This document shows, piece by piece, positions 1-12,403 of a stretch of DNA of 64,000 nt. This stretch comes from Tubulanus polymorphus. Taxonomy: Eukaryota; Animalia; Nemertea. The stretch's first letter is position 1; every line of letters starts with the position of its first letter. Both the position numbers and the translations under genes were made by a program. Location of the stretch: assembly GCF_964204645.1 (NCBI RefSeq), contig NC_134028.1, positions 20,766,345 to 20,830,344 on the forward strand, read 5' to 3'. The notes under the pieces are model-generated. The model searched no databases, had not been told where the DNA came from, and saw only the letters and a list, made by a program, of their open reading frames with translations.

Positions 1-600
1 TTTCAGCAGGTGAAAGCCAACCATCTAATCCGTGTTAATATAAAACATGGACAAACTCAGCTGATAGATTACCGTATATATTCCTGATAACTGGGTGAGG
101 TTCGTGGATATTCATACATGTATTCTTAATAGTTAAGAAATGGTTGCTGTAGTTGAAACATACTTATATAGCACCACGAGCCTATAACCATCACTACCAT
201 TTTGCTGTCCACCGTAGAACCAGTACACCTCCATTTTGAGCTATCTCTCTTAAAAAGCCGATTTCGTTGAGAGATAATTGTCGTGATGGTTAAAGGCTTG
301 TTGGAAGCAGAATATCTTGTTTGTATTGAAGCTTATTTCATGTGAATCGGTTGAGAATATTTGCAAATACAGTCGATTGAGGTGGAGAGGTCATTTTGAG
401 ATTGATGATTGGTAACCCAATTGTTTCTTATAATACAGGAATACCGGGAGTCGTTAATGATATCAACTGTGTGACAAGCCCCTGTGTGTTTTTCCTGAAT
501 AGAACTGATACATTTTTCAACCTGTTCAGATCCTTCACTATAAGATATTTCACCATTTACAATAAATTCATGTACAACGAATATTGATATTTCAGTTTAG
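1..600 (-). pseudogene. Possible highly degraded GPCR fragment (ECL2 to TM7-like)
   Basis: Minus-strand pieces such as VVHEF...EKCISSIQEK...VDIIN and SKMVVMVIGSWCYISMFQLQQPFL resemble rhodopsin-class segments but are broken by stops and frameshifts. It lies next to two clearer GPCR pseudogenes. Confidence 0.25.
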
Positions 601-844
601 TTAATTTGTCATTTACGCAATAAACTCTCGCAATAAATCTTAGTAATTTGTGTTCGATTCGCGAGAATTTTCTATTCGCAGTTCACAATAAATCTTACGA
701 TAAAGACTTAAAGTGATTTCTTTATATCGACGTTAGATTGATAACGCGAGAAGAGGCAGTCAGTTTTCCAGTACATTCTGAGACAGTCAGTACGCAGGCA
801 GACGACCAGTACACGATCTGTGCGTAAATGATGATAACTCAGAT

Positions 845-2410
845 GATAATTGGTCGAACCTACAACAATTACATCATTCACGTGGTGAACAGCTCTCGAA
901 TTTACCGTACTGTGTCACTGGCCATTCTGTTTATTGCGTTCCTGTTAGGAATCTTCGGAATTCGGCTACATTCCTTATAATGTTTAGTCGGATTTAGTCG
1001 CAGTTTATCGTACGCTTACAATCTTATCGTTCTGTCTCCCAGCGATTCCATACACTGTATCAATTATACGCTTATGCCTGTTTTACGATTTGTTTTCTTG
1101 CACGTTAGAGACGGTCCTATATTCATGATGAATTCACGGATCAGTTGTCAAATCTATGAATTTGTAATGCAACTCGCAGTCTGCGATAGTTCATGGTTAC
1201 AATATCTCTAGAACGTGCGGCAGTTGTGCTCTTCCCGTTCACATCTCGTTTGATATGTACACCGAGATTCGCTAGATTTGCTTCATTGATGATTGCTGCA
1301 TTGTGCTGTTGCTAAATCCCACACCTGTTTTATCGATACATTTTACTGACCTGTTTTTCGGATGTTACCATGAATTATCAGACCAAATATTTTTCATCAC
1401 AATTGTTTACATCTACATTTTACAGTTGAATTGAATTGAATTTATTTGCAAAATAAATTGTTACAAAAAATATCGACACAATATACATTATATTCAGAGT
1501 AACAATATATAGTGCGAGGAGTAAGGAGAAGTCAAAATTTGACTTATACGAGTCCTTACCCCTCGGTCAACAATCACACTCACATGCACTCATCACTTAC
1601 ACATACACGCACATTCGTTACAAGAATCACCCTTTACATATATAAACAATTAAATGGCGGCCACGTTGCGGGCATTAGTATTTTGCGACCAAATAATTGG
1701 TTAAGCATTTTTTAAAGAAAGGGCGTGATTTCGAAGATTTGAGTTTTCTGGGAAGGGAGTTCCAGGATCTTGCACCTTGGATTTTTAATGATTTCATTCT
1801 AAAGTTAGATTTCGCATATTCCACTTTTAAATTTAGTGGGCGACGAGAAGGTCGCCCTGTCATGGATTTTAGAAAACAGTAAAATTCATTGAAAATTGAT
1901 GGTAAGTTTTGATTAATTTGACTAAAGACAAAATTGCACAGCTGAAATTGATATATGTCGTGTAGCTTTAAGATTTCTAATTTCTTGAAAATTGGAGATG
2001 TATGTGCTAGCCAAAAAGAATGTGTTATTATCCGAATTGCTTTCTTTTGGAGACGAAATAAGGGTTCCAAGTAAATATTACATGAATTACCCCAAGTTAA
2101 CTTCGATTCTAACATCAAATTTCAGTTATTCAGAGGTTCAAAAATGGTTTCGTCTTATCAGAAAACTTCAAAATCAAAACGCACAACAAAAATGCTTGTA
2201 ACAGTTTCGCTCGCATTTGCAATATTCACATTTCCATCCACTCTTACTGTATTTTTACCAGCCTCACCGGAACTGACAGAATTTCTCTACGATAATTTCA
2301 CACATTTCATAATGTGTAACTATGCCGCCAATTTTTACATATGTCTTTTACCGGGGCATGAAATTCGTGAATATTTTTACGAATCGTGGACACCTTCGAG
2401 TTTACACTAA
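845..2410 (+). pseudogene. Rhodopsin-class (peptide-receptor-like) GPCR pseudogene split by a LINE insertion
   Basis: Frameshifted segments: TM1 LAILFIAFLLGIFG, TM2 YNLIVLSPSD, TM3 SCQIYEF...ISLERAAVVLFP. After the LINE come the TM5 end (SILTSNF) and TM6-7 (KRTTKMLVTVSLAFAIFTFP...CNYAANFYIC, ORF 2144-2410). Confidence 0.85.
1426..2100 (-). mobile_element. 5'-truncated non-LTR retrotransposon (L2/Crack/CR1-group) 3' end
   Basis: ORF 1675-2118 (WG...LFRLQKKAIRII...HTSPIFKKLEIL...GARSWNSLP..LK) is the typical C-terminus of L2/CR1-group ORF2. It is followed on the minus strand by a 3'UTR, AATAAA and a (TTCAA)3 tail at 1426-1440. Confidence 0.85.
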
Positions 2411-3435
2411 TCAACCGTATCTTGACGGTCAGCTTCATTTCTTGGATCTTTGAGTTCAACGGTTAATGAGAAATAAGAACTTTTCATTTGCTATTTTTAA
2501 CAGGTGCCCTTACGCAACAGGTTTGGGAATGTGTGGAAATTGTTGACGTCATCAAACAAACACTTAATGCTACTGAATGACACGGTTTTGACGGGGTTAT
2601 TGAAAAGTAGATTCATATTGAGCAATATATAAGATTAAGAACAATAAACTTGATTCGAAAGCATTCCTTGGAAACAAGCACTCTATATAGTCCGACAGTT
2701 TCCAGTCTTTGAGAGAACCGTGGACGTGCAGCTACGGGTGAACAATAGCTTAATATTTTGGCGGATTCTTTGTTTTCCTAACTTCAAATTGTTCAGCATG
2801 TATTATGTAGTAGGATAGTTTTTTTGAAAGTAATCGTTAGATTATGTTTCAAATTGTACGTGTAGTACACATTAAGCTCACGTGCTGGTGATGCAAAAAA
2901 ACGGATGGCAAAAATGTCGCATTCGATAATCACAATATCCTGACGTGACGTTGAATTGACGTGCATAAGTCCCTTTGAATTCAGCAATGACATCAAATTT
3001 TCACGATGAATGTAATTCGAGGTTCTGCGAAGAACTAGAAAAAGAACTAATTCAACACGATGTGTGAGTGTTTTGGGGTGCAGTTTCCATCTAATGCTGG
3101 TCATGAATCAAGGAAGTTTGCTGTGGTGGTTTTGAGATGAAAGCTCATTTCGTCGCGTAGTTTTATTGTAAGTCAATTGTAAGACCTTTCTTCGTTGACA
3201 TCAGGCACGAAAGTTAGGTACGTTAGGTATGTGATCCTCAGGAAGGTTACGTAGATGTGTGTAAACGGCTGCGACGTGAATGATCAATCGGTGCGTCATT
3301 CGTGCACATTTTCGTCAGACGCGCACCATGGACGATTTAGAGCCCATGGACGCACTTATACACCTTTTACACGTATATACACCTTTTTACGCCGACTAAA
3401 CATCAACGTATACTGCCCAACTTAGACGCAACGAG

Positions 3436-4498
3436 ATGACGGATAAAAATTTCACCGCCGCTATAATAAACATGACCACAAATGTTGGTGGACCGATCGA
3501 ACTGCCACCACGCGATTACGTAAAACGCTTCATCAATTTCTACCGAAATTCTGTTCCCGATAATTATTCTCACGGGCATCGGAGGCAATGTTCTATCGTT
3601 GATTATTTTCCCACGAATGAAAAGGCGCGATAAATCGACGTCGCAGTATTTGACGCTTTTGGCGGGCAGCGATCTGGTTTATCTTCTCACACACAGCCTG
3701 ACGGATACTTGGATGAACAACGCCGGATGACTTCACGGGCGGCAAAGTTCACTTCGACTTATTTTGGCCAGCAACGTGGCCGTTTGTAACATATTTCGGT
3801 ATCTGTGGTACATTTCCACGTCGACGTCGACGTGGACTTTGATGTTGTTCAGCGTAGAGAAATGCGTAGCGATACATTTTCCTTTGAAACGCGAACGCTT
3901 GATCATATCTCGCAGGCGGAAAATTGCGATTCTTTTCATTTTGATCGTAGCCATCATCACCAATGCGCCGTTTGCGCACGTGTACGAGCTGAACGAAGAA
4001 GGAACTCATTGCAATTTTATTTTTGATCGTCTGCCCGGGGCCGGGGCGGTCATCTTGATCATAGTAGATTTGACGACCACGTTCGTGGTACCGTGCTTCA
4101 TCGTGATCGTATCGAACGTCGTGATCGCCATGACCTTAGTTCGAACTCGCCGCCGTCGTCCAGCCACCGGAAGTGCGACCACACAAAAACATGGCGGACA
4201 TTCAGACGAAAAATCTTATCGATTTCTCGTCAACTTGGTCTCGGTATCGGTTTTGTTTTTGGTTACGGTGACACCTTCTTGTGTTCTGTGGAGTATGTTC
4301 TGGATTCGGGTTCTCATGCACACTCTGCTCGAACTAGATTTCGATGGTCTTTACTACGCTTTGTTGTCGACGAATATTCAAGATTTGAATTTTTTTTGTT
4401 TGAATTTCGTAGTTTATGTCGCCTGTTTGGATTTCGGGCAGCAAGAAGCTCGTAAAATCCTCTGTAGGTGCTGCACGATCGCAAACATGGACAAATAG
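3436..4498 (+). pseudogene. Intronless rhodopsin-class GPCR with disrupted 5' part
   Basis: The N-terminus (3436 ORF) frameshifts into TM1-2 (PIIILTGIGGNVLSLIIF..STSQYLTLLAGSDL). A second shift and a TGA precede the 244-aa ORF 3764-4498 carrying TM3-7 (SVEKCVAIHFPL, VVPCFIVIVSN, LNFVVYVAC). Confidence 0.85.
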
Positions 4499-4849
4499 TA
4501 GGCCTGTCGGACCTTATATGCTGTATAAACTTGTCCGCATCGCATCCGGACAATTTGTTATATTATTTGAAAGTTGTTTCCAAATACCGATGTATTAAAT
4601 CAGGCAGCCAAAAAAAGTTAACTCGCATTATCCGGGTTGAGACTGGGAATAATATTGTTTAGCCGAGCCCGGATCGAAATTGATATAATATCTTTTATTA
4701 GAAATATGAAGAGCGCCAACAAATGAGAGTGGTTTACGAATGTTTTCATATGGTGACAAATTCTATTAAATATAATAAACTTAATTCGAAACGTCAGCAG
4801 CTCATTATTTCTAGACCTTGGACTAAATGTAGCAACACGGGCATTATTG

Positions 4850-5690
4850 TGAATCTCTCCTCCGTTACGCTCTCGTTGTATTAACTATTTTTCTTTACCT
4901 CACCGCAAGATGAACATCCTGGATTTTATGTCTGAATTAGAACAGCGCAAGACATCCTCCTCGAATTTTGACTACAACTTTATGTTTATGAACTTACAAA
5001 CTATTTGTGATAACCTCAACTACTTTCAACTACTCAGAATTTTTACCTCGTCGTTTCAGGATTGCCCTCTCTGAACTCAAGAAACTAGACTCTGTTCGTA
5101 TTTCCAAAGCTGATAAAGGTGGCAAAATTGTTCTCTTAGATATCTGTATTTATCATCATAACATGTTCGTCCTTCTTGGCGACTCTAATGTTTATAAACG
5201 ATTGAAATAAAACCCCCTCTCTCGTATGCAAGCGTCATTTAATAAGAATTTGTCTGGCATTATTCAAAGGTTTCTGGACCCCAAAGACATTCCTTCGAAA
5301 TTTCTACCACGTCTACCCTCCCTACCTTATATCTATGGGCTCCCTAAAATCCGTAAGAAAGATGTTCCGCTGCGCCCCATTGTATCTAATTGTAATTCTC
5401 CCTCTTATCGTCTATCCAAATATCTGGTTAAACAATTATCCCTGGTTCTTGGTTCTTTCTCCCCTTCTCATTTACGGCACAACCAAGATTTGATAGAACG
5501 GTTGAAATACATTATTCCTGGTAACGATAGATTCATTTCGTTTGATGCTAGTTCCCTTTTTACTAATGTTCCTCTTAGGCCTACCCTGAATTTTCTTAAG
5601 CGTTAACTTCCTTCGTTGGATTTTAATTTTGACATTCCTACTGATTGTATTATCGACTTAATTGAAATTTGCTTTCAGAACTCCTTTTTC
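4850..5690 (+). mobile_element. Penelope-like element (PLE) reverse transcriptase fragment
   Basis: Motifs KADKG, YGLPKI.K, PLRPIVS and SFD.SSLFTNVP lie in one frame with in-frame stops (5208, 5604). It is truncated by a MITE remnant. Confidence 0.9.
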
Positions 5691-5887
5691 AGGAGGTTCT
5701 TTCAGAGAAAATTGGACGTTTTTCATTGTTTTGGCGGGGGCGCCATAATGGCATTTTCTTTGTTTTGGACGCCAAAACGAACTTTCAGAGAAAATTGGAC
5801 GTTTTTTTTCGTTTTGGCGTTCTGGCGCTCTGGCGCCCTGATTTGCATACCAGAAATTTTTCGCTATGGCCATTATCAGCCACCATA
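5690..5887. mobile_element. Partial MITE of the TATGGTGGCTGAT-TIR family
   Basis: Ends in TTATCAGCCACCATA and contains a duplicated CTTTCAGAGAAAATTGGACGTTTTT; the other terminus is missing. Confidence 0.55.
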
Positions 5888-5982
5888 GTTTGCTGGTGAT
5901 TTCATTTTGTGATTAATTTCGTTCGAAAATCAAAACAAAGCTTAAGAATGCACTGGGAAAAATTGTATATAATACTGGATCG

Positions 5983-6523
5983 TATGGTGGCTGATTCGGG
6001 CCATGTTATAAAATATCACAAACGTTACAAATTTTTTTTTGCAGACGCTTAAAAGTCGTTTTATTGCGCAATAAAACGAAAATTACCACGTTAAAACGAG
6101 AAATTACCGCGATAAAACAAGAAAAAGTCGTTTTATTGCGCAATAAAACGACTTTTTCTTGTTTAATAAACGCGCGATAAAACGACTTTTTCTTGTTTTA
6201 ACGCGCGATAAAACGACTTTTTCTTGTTTTAACGCGCAATAAAACGACTTTTTCTTGTTTTAATGCGGTAATTATCGTTTTATCGCGCTATTTTTCGTTT
6301 AAACATGGCAATAAAACGACAAAGTTCGTTTTATCGCGCGATAAAACGACTTTTTCTCGTTTTATTGCGCAATAAAACGACTTTTTCTATTTTTAACGCG
6401 GTAATTTCTCGTTTTAACGTGGTAAATTTCGTTTTATTGCGCGATAAAACGACTTTTAGGCGTCTGTAAAAAAAAATTTGCACCATTTGTGATTTTTTTA
6501 CATGGCCCGAATCAGCCACCATA
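5983..6523. mobile_element. Foldback-type MITE, TATGGTGGCTGAT-TIR family
   Basis: TATGGTGGCTGATTCGGGCCATG...CATGGCCCGAATCAGCCACCATA with long inverted arms and internal repeats of GCG(A/C)ATAAAACGACTTTTTCTTGTTT. Confidence 0.9.
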
Positions 6524-6579
6524 CCATACTTTTGACTGATCGGAGTATGGGATAGGCACAAGGCTTTATGCGATGGATT

Positions 6580-9066
6580 CTAATCTTGATGATTCAGCAT
6601 GGTTTGCTGCAGAGGGAACATATGTAACGCCCCACCGTCAACAGACAAGTTGACACCAGTCGTAAATGACGCTTCATCCGAAGCTAAAAATCTGACCGCC
6701 TTCGCCACCTCTTCCGGTTGCCCATGACGACCTAGAGCGTGTATCTGAGGACTGATTTCTGTCAAGAACTGAAATAGAAATCCCATGCTTAATAGTGAAT
6801 TTTCTGAGGATTTATTGCAGCTGTGATTGATTTCAGACATGAACCTTTTCATATTGATCATCGGTGATGCCACCTCGTCTGTGAATCTTACTATAGATAG
6901 CTCCAGGGCTACAATACAAATACAGTTGTAGCCACGACATTTGAGAAAGACTGCAATGTCTGAGAGGTTCTTATCTATACTCACTTCACTGCGTTCACTC
7001 GAACTCCGTATTCTGCCAATTCTGTAATAAACATGTTTAAACATAATATCAATCCTAACCAACAACACTGTGGAACTAGTTCGTGGTGAATTTGCACCTT
7101 TATATCTGCATACCTATTGCAAGATTACGCATCAAGTGATCCACAGCAGCTTTTGACATAGTGTATGCAATAATATTAGTCATCTATAAAATCAAAACAA
7201 ACAACCGAAATTTCCAATTATGAACTTCGATTTAAACAGAAGATTCTGTAAATCTGACCGTCGATCACGCAACTTTATCTGTACTTCGATTCCCTATTTC
7301 AAAATCAAACCCCGTTTCACCCCCAGCAGGTGTGGTCAGTTAGTATTGGATCAGTGGGTTCAAATCACAACAAATCAATTGAAATCTACCAATCAAATAA
7401 ATTCCATGGTCTATGATATCATCCTTTAATCAACAAAAGTGACCAGTGGCATCATTGCGAATGGATTTCAGTTCAGTAAACACTCACCACTGTCAGAGTA
7501 CATACACTGCTGATCATTATGATACTGCCTGAAATAAAAGACAACATAGACGATATAATTGATGTGTTGTTGCCAACAGGTTACCGTTAGTTTAACAGGT
7601 GAGGTCCTTTCCTTGTCGTTTAATGATGTGAGGTCGCACGAGTTTAGTCAAATAGAACACAGATCTAACGTTTACTTTCATCGTAAAGTCGTAATCCTCC
7701 ATTTTCTGGGATCCAAGCGTCCCGAATATAACAGTTGCCGCATTGTTTACCTTAAGAAATAACGTTGAAGTATATAGAGAATCTAAAATCCCATGAGGTG
7801 GCAATGTAGTAAGATACTATATTAGTTACATATTTAATTTATTTTCCTCTAAACGAGAAGTGCAACTTTGCAATGCTTACCAGGATATCAATGACTCCAA
7901 ATTTTTCAATAGTTTTTTCGACGAAATTCTTTATTCCCTCATCTTCACCGGCAAAATCTACTATAACACTTAGAATCTAAAGCAATTAGAAAAACAATTG
8001 AAAATGCTTGGAATTGTGTATGAGTCAGTTGAGATAACGATTTTAGTACACCTGCGAATCAGTAACACCTTCGTGTTTACACTTATCAATCGTATCCTGA
8101 AGATCAGTTTCATTTCTTCCGGTCAGGACTAATTTCGACCCATGTCGAGCAAAATCTACAGCTATTGCTTTTCCAATTCCATTACTAGCCCCTGAATTAA
8201 AGGCTACAAGTAGTTAAGCTTAACCGTGGACGCATGATATAGTTTATACATCCATGGTTTTTAAGGTTGCATACAGAGGTACTGTTTCAGTATCGGTGCT
8301 TTAGTATGAAATGTTAGTAAATGTTGTGTTAACCATTGATTACAAAGCGTTTGTCCAGGGCCTGGTTTTATACACTGGTATTACCTTTAACCCGGGGCTG
8401 ACTCGATTGATAATGAATTGACCTAGCCCTCGGTTTAAAGGTAATACCAGTCTACAAGACCGGCCCCATGTGTTCACAGTTTTATAGTTAGCTATCCGGA
8501 CTGGTTGACTTGAACCAGTTTTAGTTTTTTTTTCAGCAAGATCTTTATTTGCCATAATATACATCAGTACATGAAACTTAACTTACAAACGGCATTTAAA
8601 AGGCATTATATGCAAATGTAGAGATAAAATATTAGGTGTAAATATATGGCAGACCAAATGCAAAGGTAAGAAAAAAGAAAAGGGAAGTAACTAAGAAGCT
8701 GTAAATGCGCGTAGTAGTATTGTTGGTGTGATTTCCGCTTTCAAGGTTAGCATGATTGACTGTGACAAATTTTGCTACTGTAATGGTAAGTTGGCTACTT
8801 ACATCGAAATCAAAGTTGGGGCTTACATGTAGTAAGAGCCAGTTTTGATTGTTACTATCGTTAGTTATCCAAAGGTTAACTTGAGTTAACAAGTTTTAAT
8901 TTCTACTAGGTTAGAGTAATCCAAAACTTTGCTCTGATTTTTTCTAGTCTACTTTTGAGAACAAAGCTTTTGATCTAAGAACAAAGCTTTTCTACGTGGT
9001 AGTGAAAAACATATGCATGTACGTACCTGTTATAATGACAACTTTATCTTTTAATGATGACTCCAT
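6580..9066 (-). CDS. Classical short-chain dehydrogenase/reductase (FabG-like), about 271 aa, 9 exons
   Basis: Exons 9027-9066, 8052-8191, 7881-7976, 7612-7750, 7488-7528, 7114-7183, 6985-7021, 6845-6908, 6580-6768 join in phase. Motifs: TGASNGIG, VNNA, catalytic S and [33 protein letters not shown]. Intron 4 donor is GA rather than GT. Confidence 0.93.
7250..7410. repeat. Dispersed repeat family (TTCGATTTCCGATTTCAAA...CCCGGCAGGTG core)
   Basis: Related copies are visible at about 13420-13620, 30130-30330, 53770-53900 and 58880-59000. Confidence 0.65.
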
Positions 9067-9759
9067 TTTGATTCAGAAATGTGTCTGGAACGAAACTTGC
9101 TACCTCGACTGAATTTCATTTGCACAGTGAATACAAGCTTTCAGACAAACTTGTCATTTATCATTTTAGAGTATAATAGCTTTAGGCCAAGTCATGACAT
9201 TTATTTTTTCAGAAAAGTACGTACGTATCAATTTCAAGTAGTAACCGTGTCTATGTCGACGAGCAATTAGTATGCTATAATGGGCTCGACATTCATCGAG
9301 ACATTTATGTATCATTGTAACGTAGATTCACAAACTAGCCCAATGCTACCAGATCCTCAACAATTAAGCACTTTAAATTCTAAAACGCACCCTGGTGTCC
9401 TATATTTCTCAAACAAAACAACTATTTCCATCAAATCTACCGAAAGATACTGAAGAAACATGAGTCACGGTTTATAATCGTTTTATCTCAAACACATTTC
9501 ATCCAGACAACGATAACCCGAAAAAGAGTTTTGGTACATACTTCACATTTTCAGAATAACCATTCAACTTAGTAAATGTAGCTGCAACTAATTATTTAGT
9601 AGCTAAAATCATTCGCATCAAATGGAAACTTTTTTGAATATTTTGTTGTTAGGACTAATGCTTTGTCTCGAAATCAACTTTTCGGATGGCTTGGAAATTA
9701 AACAGATTGGACACCAAAATAAGGAAATACATGCTTAATACCACTTGGCTATAAAAGGG

Positions 9760-9932
9760 ACAAGTAACAGTTACTTGTTCCTTGTTCCTTATTCGGAGAT
9801 GAATTCTCAATAGTAACGGAATAAGGAATAAGGAACAAGTAATGAACTTCACTGGGGTAACTCTTACATCAGCAGAACTCGAACCTGCCGTCTCCAGCAT
9901 GCAAGCCGATCAACCGCTAGACCTAGGCCAGT
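9760..9932 (-). mobile_element. Degenerate tRNA-derived SINE
   Basis: Minus strand shows an A-box-like TGGCCTAGGTCTAGCGG and a B-box-like GGTTCGAGTTC at tRNA spacing; no cloverleaf. Confidence 0.4.
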
Positions 9933-10204
9933 CAGGGGTAGATCCAAAGCTTATATTGGAAAAAGGGCAATAATAAAAGAGGCACAATCCACGATAAGCG
10001 GATATTAGCCCCTGCATTAGCCCCTGCAGATCCCATTGCAAGGACCTGAGCTTGTTTCAACCAAAGAAAAACATAATTTTTACAAGGAGCCTTAAGACAT
10101 CCTCAGATGGTACCGAATTTTTTAAGGGAAAGGATTTTCGGGGACCCAACTGAAAATATAGAGGGTAGCACGTGCCCCAGGTGCTACCCCCTGTATCCGC
10201 ACCG
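9933..10204. mobile_element. hAT-like MITE (CAGGGGCGGATCC termini)
   Basis: CAGGGGTAGATCCA...TGTATCCGCACCG; related termini at 37637 and 50991-51165. The superfamily is inferred from the CAG terminus only. Confidence 0.55.
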
Positions 10205-10502
10205 TATGTTTTTCGAGTCGTCAGGTCTGGTGACAGACCGGTGGTGAGCAAGACGTATATTCAATTATAGATTATGATGATCAGAAATGTTAAGAACCAT
10301 GAATCGTCACCTCCATTAATATTGAAGAATGAAATGGCAATAAAAGCATATCTTTTTTTGTTTTAATCATTAATCAGGATTTTATTTCATCGACTCATAC
10401 ACAATACTTCACCAAGAACCTTAGTGTCTGATGTGCCACAGGATCGTAGAGCAACGTAGATACACTGTGGAGACAGCCACTGCCAGGACTGGGTGAAACA
10501 CA

Positions 10503-10697
10503 TTACATGATGTGGATTCGGTACATCCACTGTGGATTTATCTTACCCGAAATGTAAAAATGAGCGACGTCTGAGATAACTACTTTCTTTTCAAGTTCTT
10601 TTGCAGTCGAATCATCAAGTGCGTCTTTGGCGTTTGCCATCAACCACGAACAGATTACTAACAGCATCATTGGAAGTATTCTTCTCAACATTCTCAT
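10503..10697 (-). CDS. Possible exon of a small secreted protein
   Basis: MRMLRRILPMMLLVICSWLMANA resembles a signal peptide, and there is a GTAAGA donor near 10546. No recognisable domain. Confidence 0.25.
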   Translation of the reverse strand: MRMLRRILPMMLLVICSWLMANAKDALDDSTAKELEKKVVISDVAHFYISGKINPQWMYRIHIM

Positions 10698-10736
10698 CCG
10701 CGTTGACGCTACAAATTAAGATGATGTTTTAATATT

Positions 10737-10955
10737 GAGAGGTGCAGTGGCCGAATGGTTACCCCCGGTCACTGTTCTCGTCAATCCAAGGTTTATCGGT
10801 TCAAACCCTGGTGGCAACATAGTTTCTTTGTCGAAGATTCTTCTCTGGTCTCTCCCCATTGGAAATAAGAAACATCGAACCCGCTTATAATGCCCTGCGT
10901 GGCGCTTAGCGGGTTGAGAGTGTTAACAAGAGAACGTTTTGATATTTATTATCAT
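10737..10955 (+). mobile_element. tRNA-derived SINE
   Basis: A box TGGCCGAATGG and B box GGTTCAAACC, followed by an unrelated body and an AT-rich tail. Confidence 0.65.
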
Positions 10956-11701
10956 CGCCATAACCAGTCAGCGGCGCCGGAACCGCCCCGACTACAAGCG
11001 ATCACAAGTTGATGAAATGTTGATGAAACTGATTTGCCTATATTGAAATCTGGTTTGATTGTTGAAACTCAAACTCTGCTGGAAATTTTGGATGCATGCG
11101 AAAAATTCATTCAACCAAAGATTGAAATAAAAGATGTCTCTATCTACAAACTGTATAGCTCATGCACCTCTGACCCCTACGCGCATCCCCGACTGATGCC
11201 GTCGTAGTCAGGGCCTCTATTATTTCTGTGTTCGGTTGAATGAATTTTTTCGCAGGCATCTAAAATTGCCAGCAGAATCCGAATTTGAAACAATCAACCA
11301 GATTTGACAAACATTGAAATGATTGTCAATTTTTGGTTCGGCAATTTCTGATGATGGTTGGCAGACGCTGCCAATATAAACCAATTAGTTTCAGTTATTG
11401 ATGAAATGACAAATATTATTGCAATTCTATCAGCAAAACTTGATTCTAATTCTAGACATTAGACGTGTTTATTTCTGTTTAAGTTTAACTAGAACTAGGT
11501 TTCCATGATATAGATGTATCAATAATTTGTAATGACTGCTAAAAATCAGTTCAAATATCACGGATGTATTGTGTCAGGTTTTCCAAAATTGCTAGAGTAA
11601 ATCTGTGATTTGTCGCCAGAACAACTCTCAAAATGATCGGTAAGTAAAAATTTTAGTTTTACTGTAAACCAAGTACGATTAGTTTTATTCATGAACTGTT
11701 T

Positions 11702-11816
11702 ATTTTCTACAGTAATGTTTAACGATTATAAAAATGATAGTGTTAAAAAAATCATCATCATGATGATTTTTTTAACACTATCATTTTTATAATCGTTAAA
11801 CATTACTGTAGAAAAT
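11702..11816. repeat. Perfect inverted repeat, 56-bp arms with 3-nt spacer
   Basis: ATTTTCTACAGTAATG...AAAAAAATCATCA-TCA-TGATGATTTTTTT...CATTACTGTAGAAAAT, read directly. Confidence 0.95.
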
Positions 11817-11826
11817 TAATATGATA

Positions 11827-12206
11827 TTAATTTGAAGCGTCAACGTTGATGATAATGTTGAGAAAGGTTTTTTTTAAATTTTTCCAAGGAATTGACAAAA
11901 GGTACGACAATGGACGAGTGCGCCGATGTCGAGGTTTACAAAAATGGGTACGACGGGCTCTCAAAAGAGCTTTATTCAAAATGTCGTCAGGGTAAGCTAA
12001 ATTTAAGAGGGAAGTCCAGAAAATCTGGGTCAGTTCAAATCTCAAAGAAAAAGGGGTCATGTTTGACATTTTCAGTTTATAGGAAACCCGCCCATTCTGG
12101 ATCGTACCTGCTTTTTTTCGTTTACTGTCTATAGCGTAAAACTCGGTTTGCCCAAGGTTTATTTATTCGTGTGTTTAGGATTTGTGACCCCCTTTGCTTG
12201 GCTGAA
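11827..12206. mobile_element. Two Penelope-like fragments in opposite orientation
   Basis: Plus strand 12060-12206: FSVYRKPAHSGSYL...GLFIRVFRICDP. Minus strand 11830-12059: DP..LRFELTQI..SLLNLAYPDDILNKALLRARR, the segment that normally follows ICDP. Confidence 0.7.
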
Positions 12207-12403
12207 GGGTGGAAAGTTGCAGTGTAGTGAAAAAGAAGTGAAAACCTTATCGATTTATATGATTGTAATGACTAATTGTTGATAGCGAAGCGTGTAAATG
12301 ATAACGGTTGGGTTATCTATAGAAATACGCAAATACGTAGCTTGAACATTTTGGGGATTATTGGATATCATTTTCGTATATCCAATGAAAAAATAGTCCC
12401 CAA

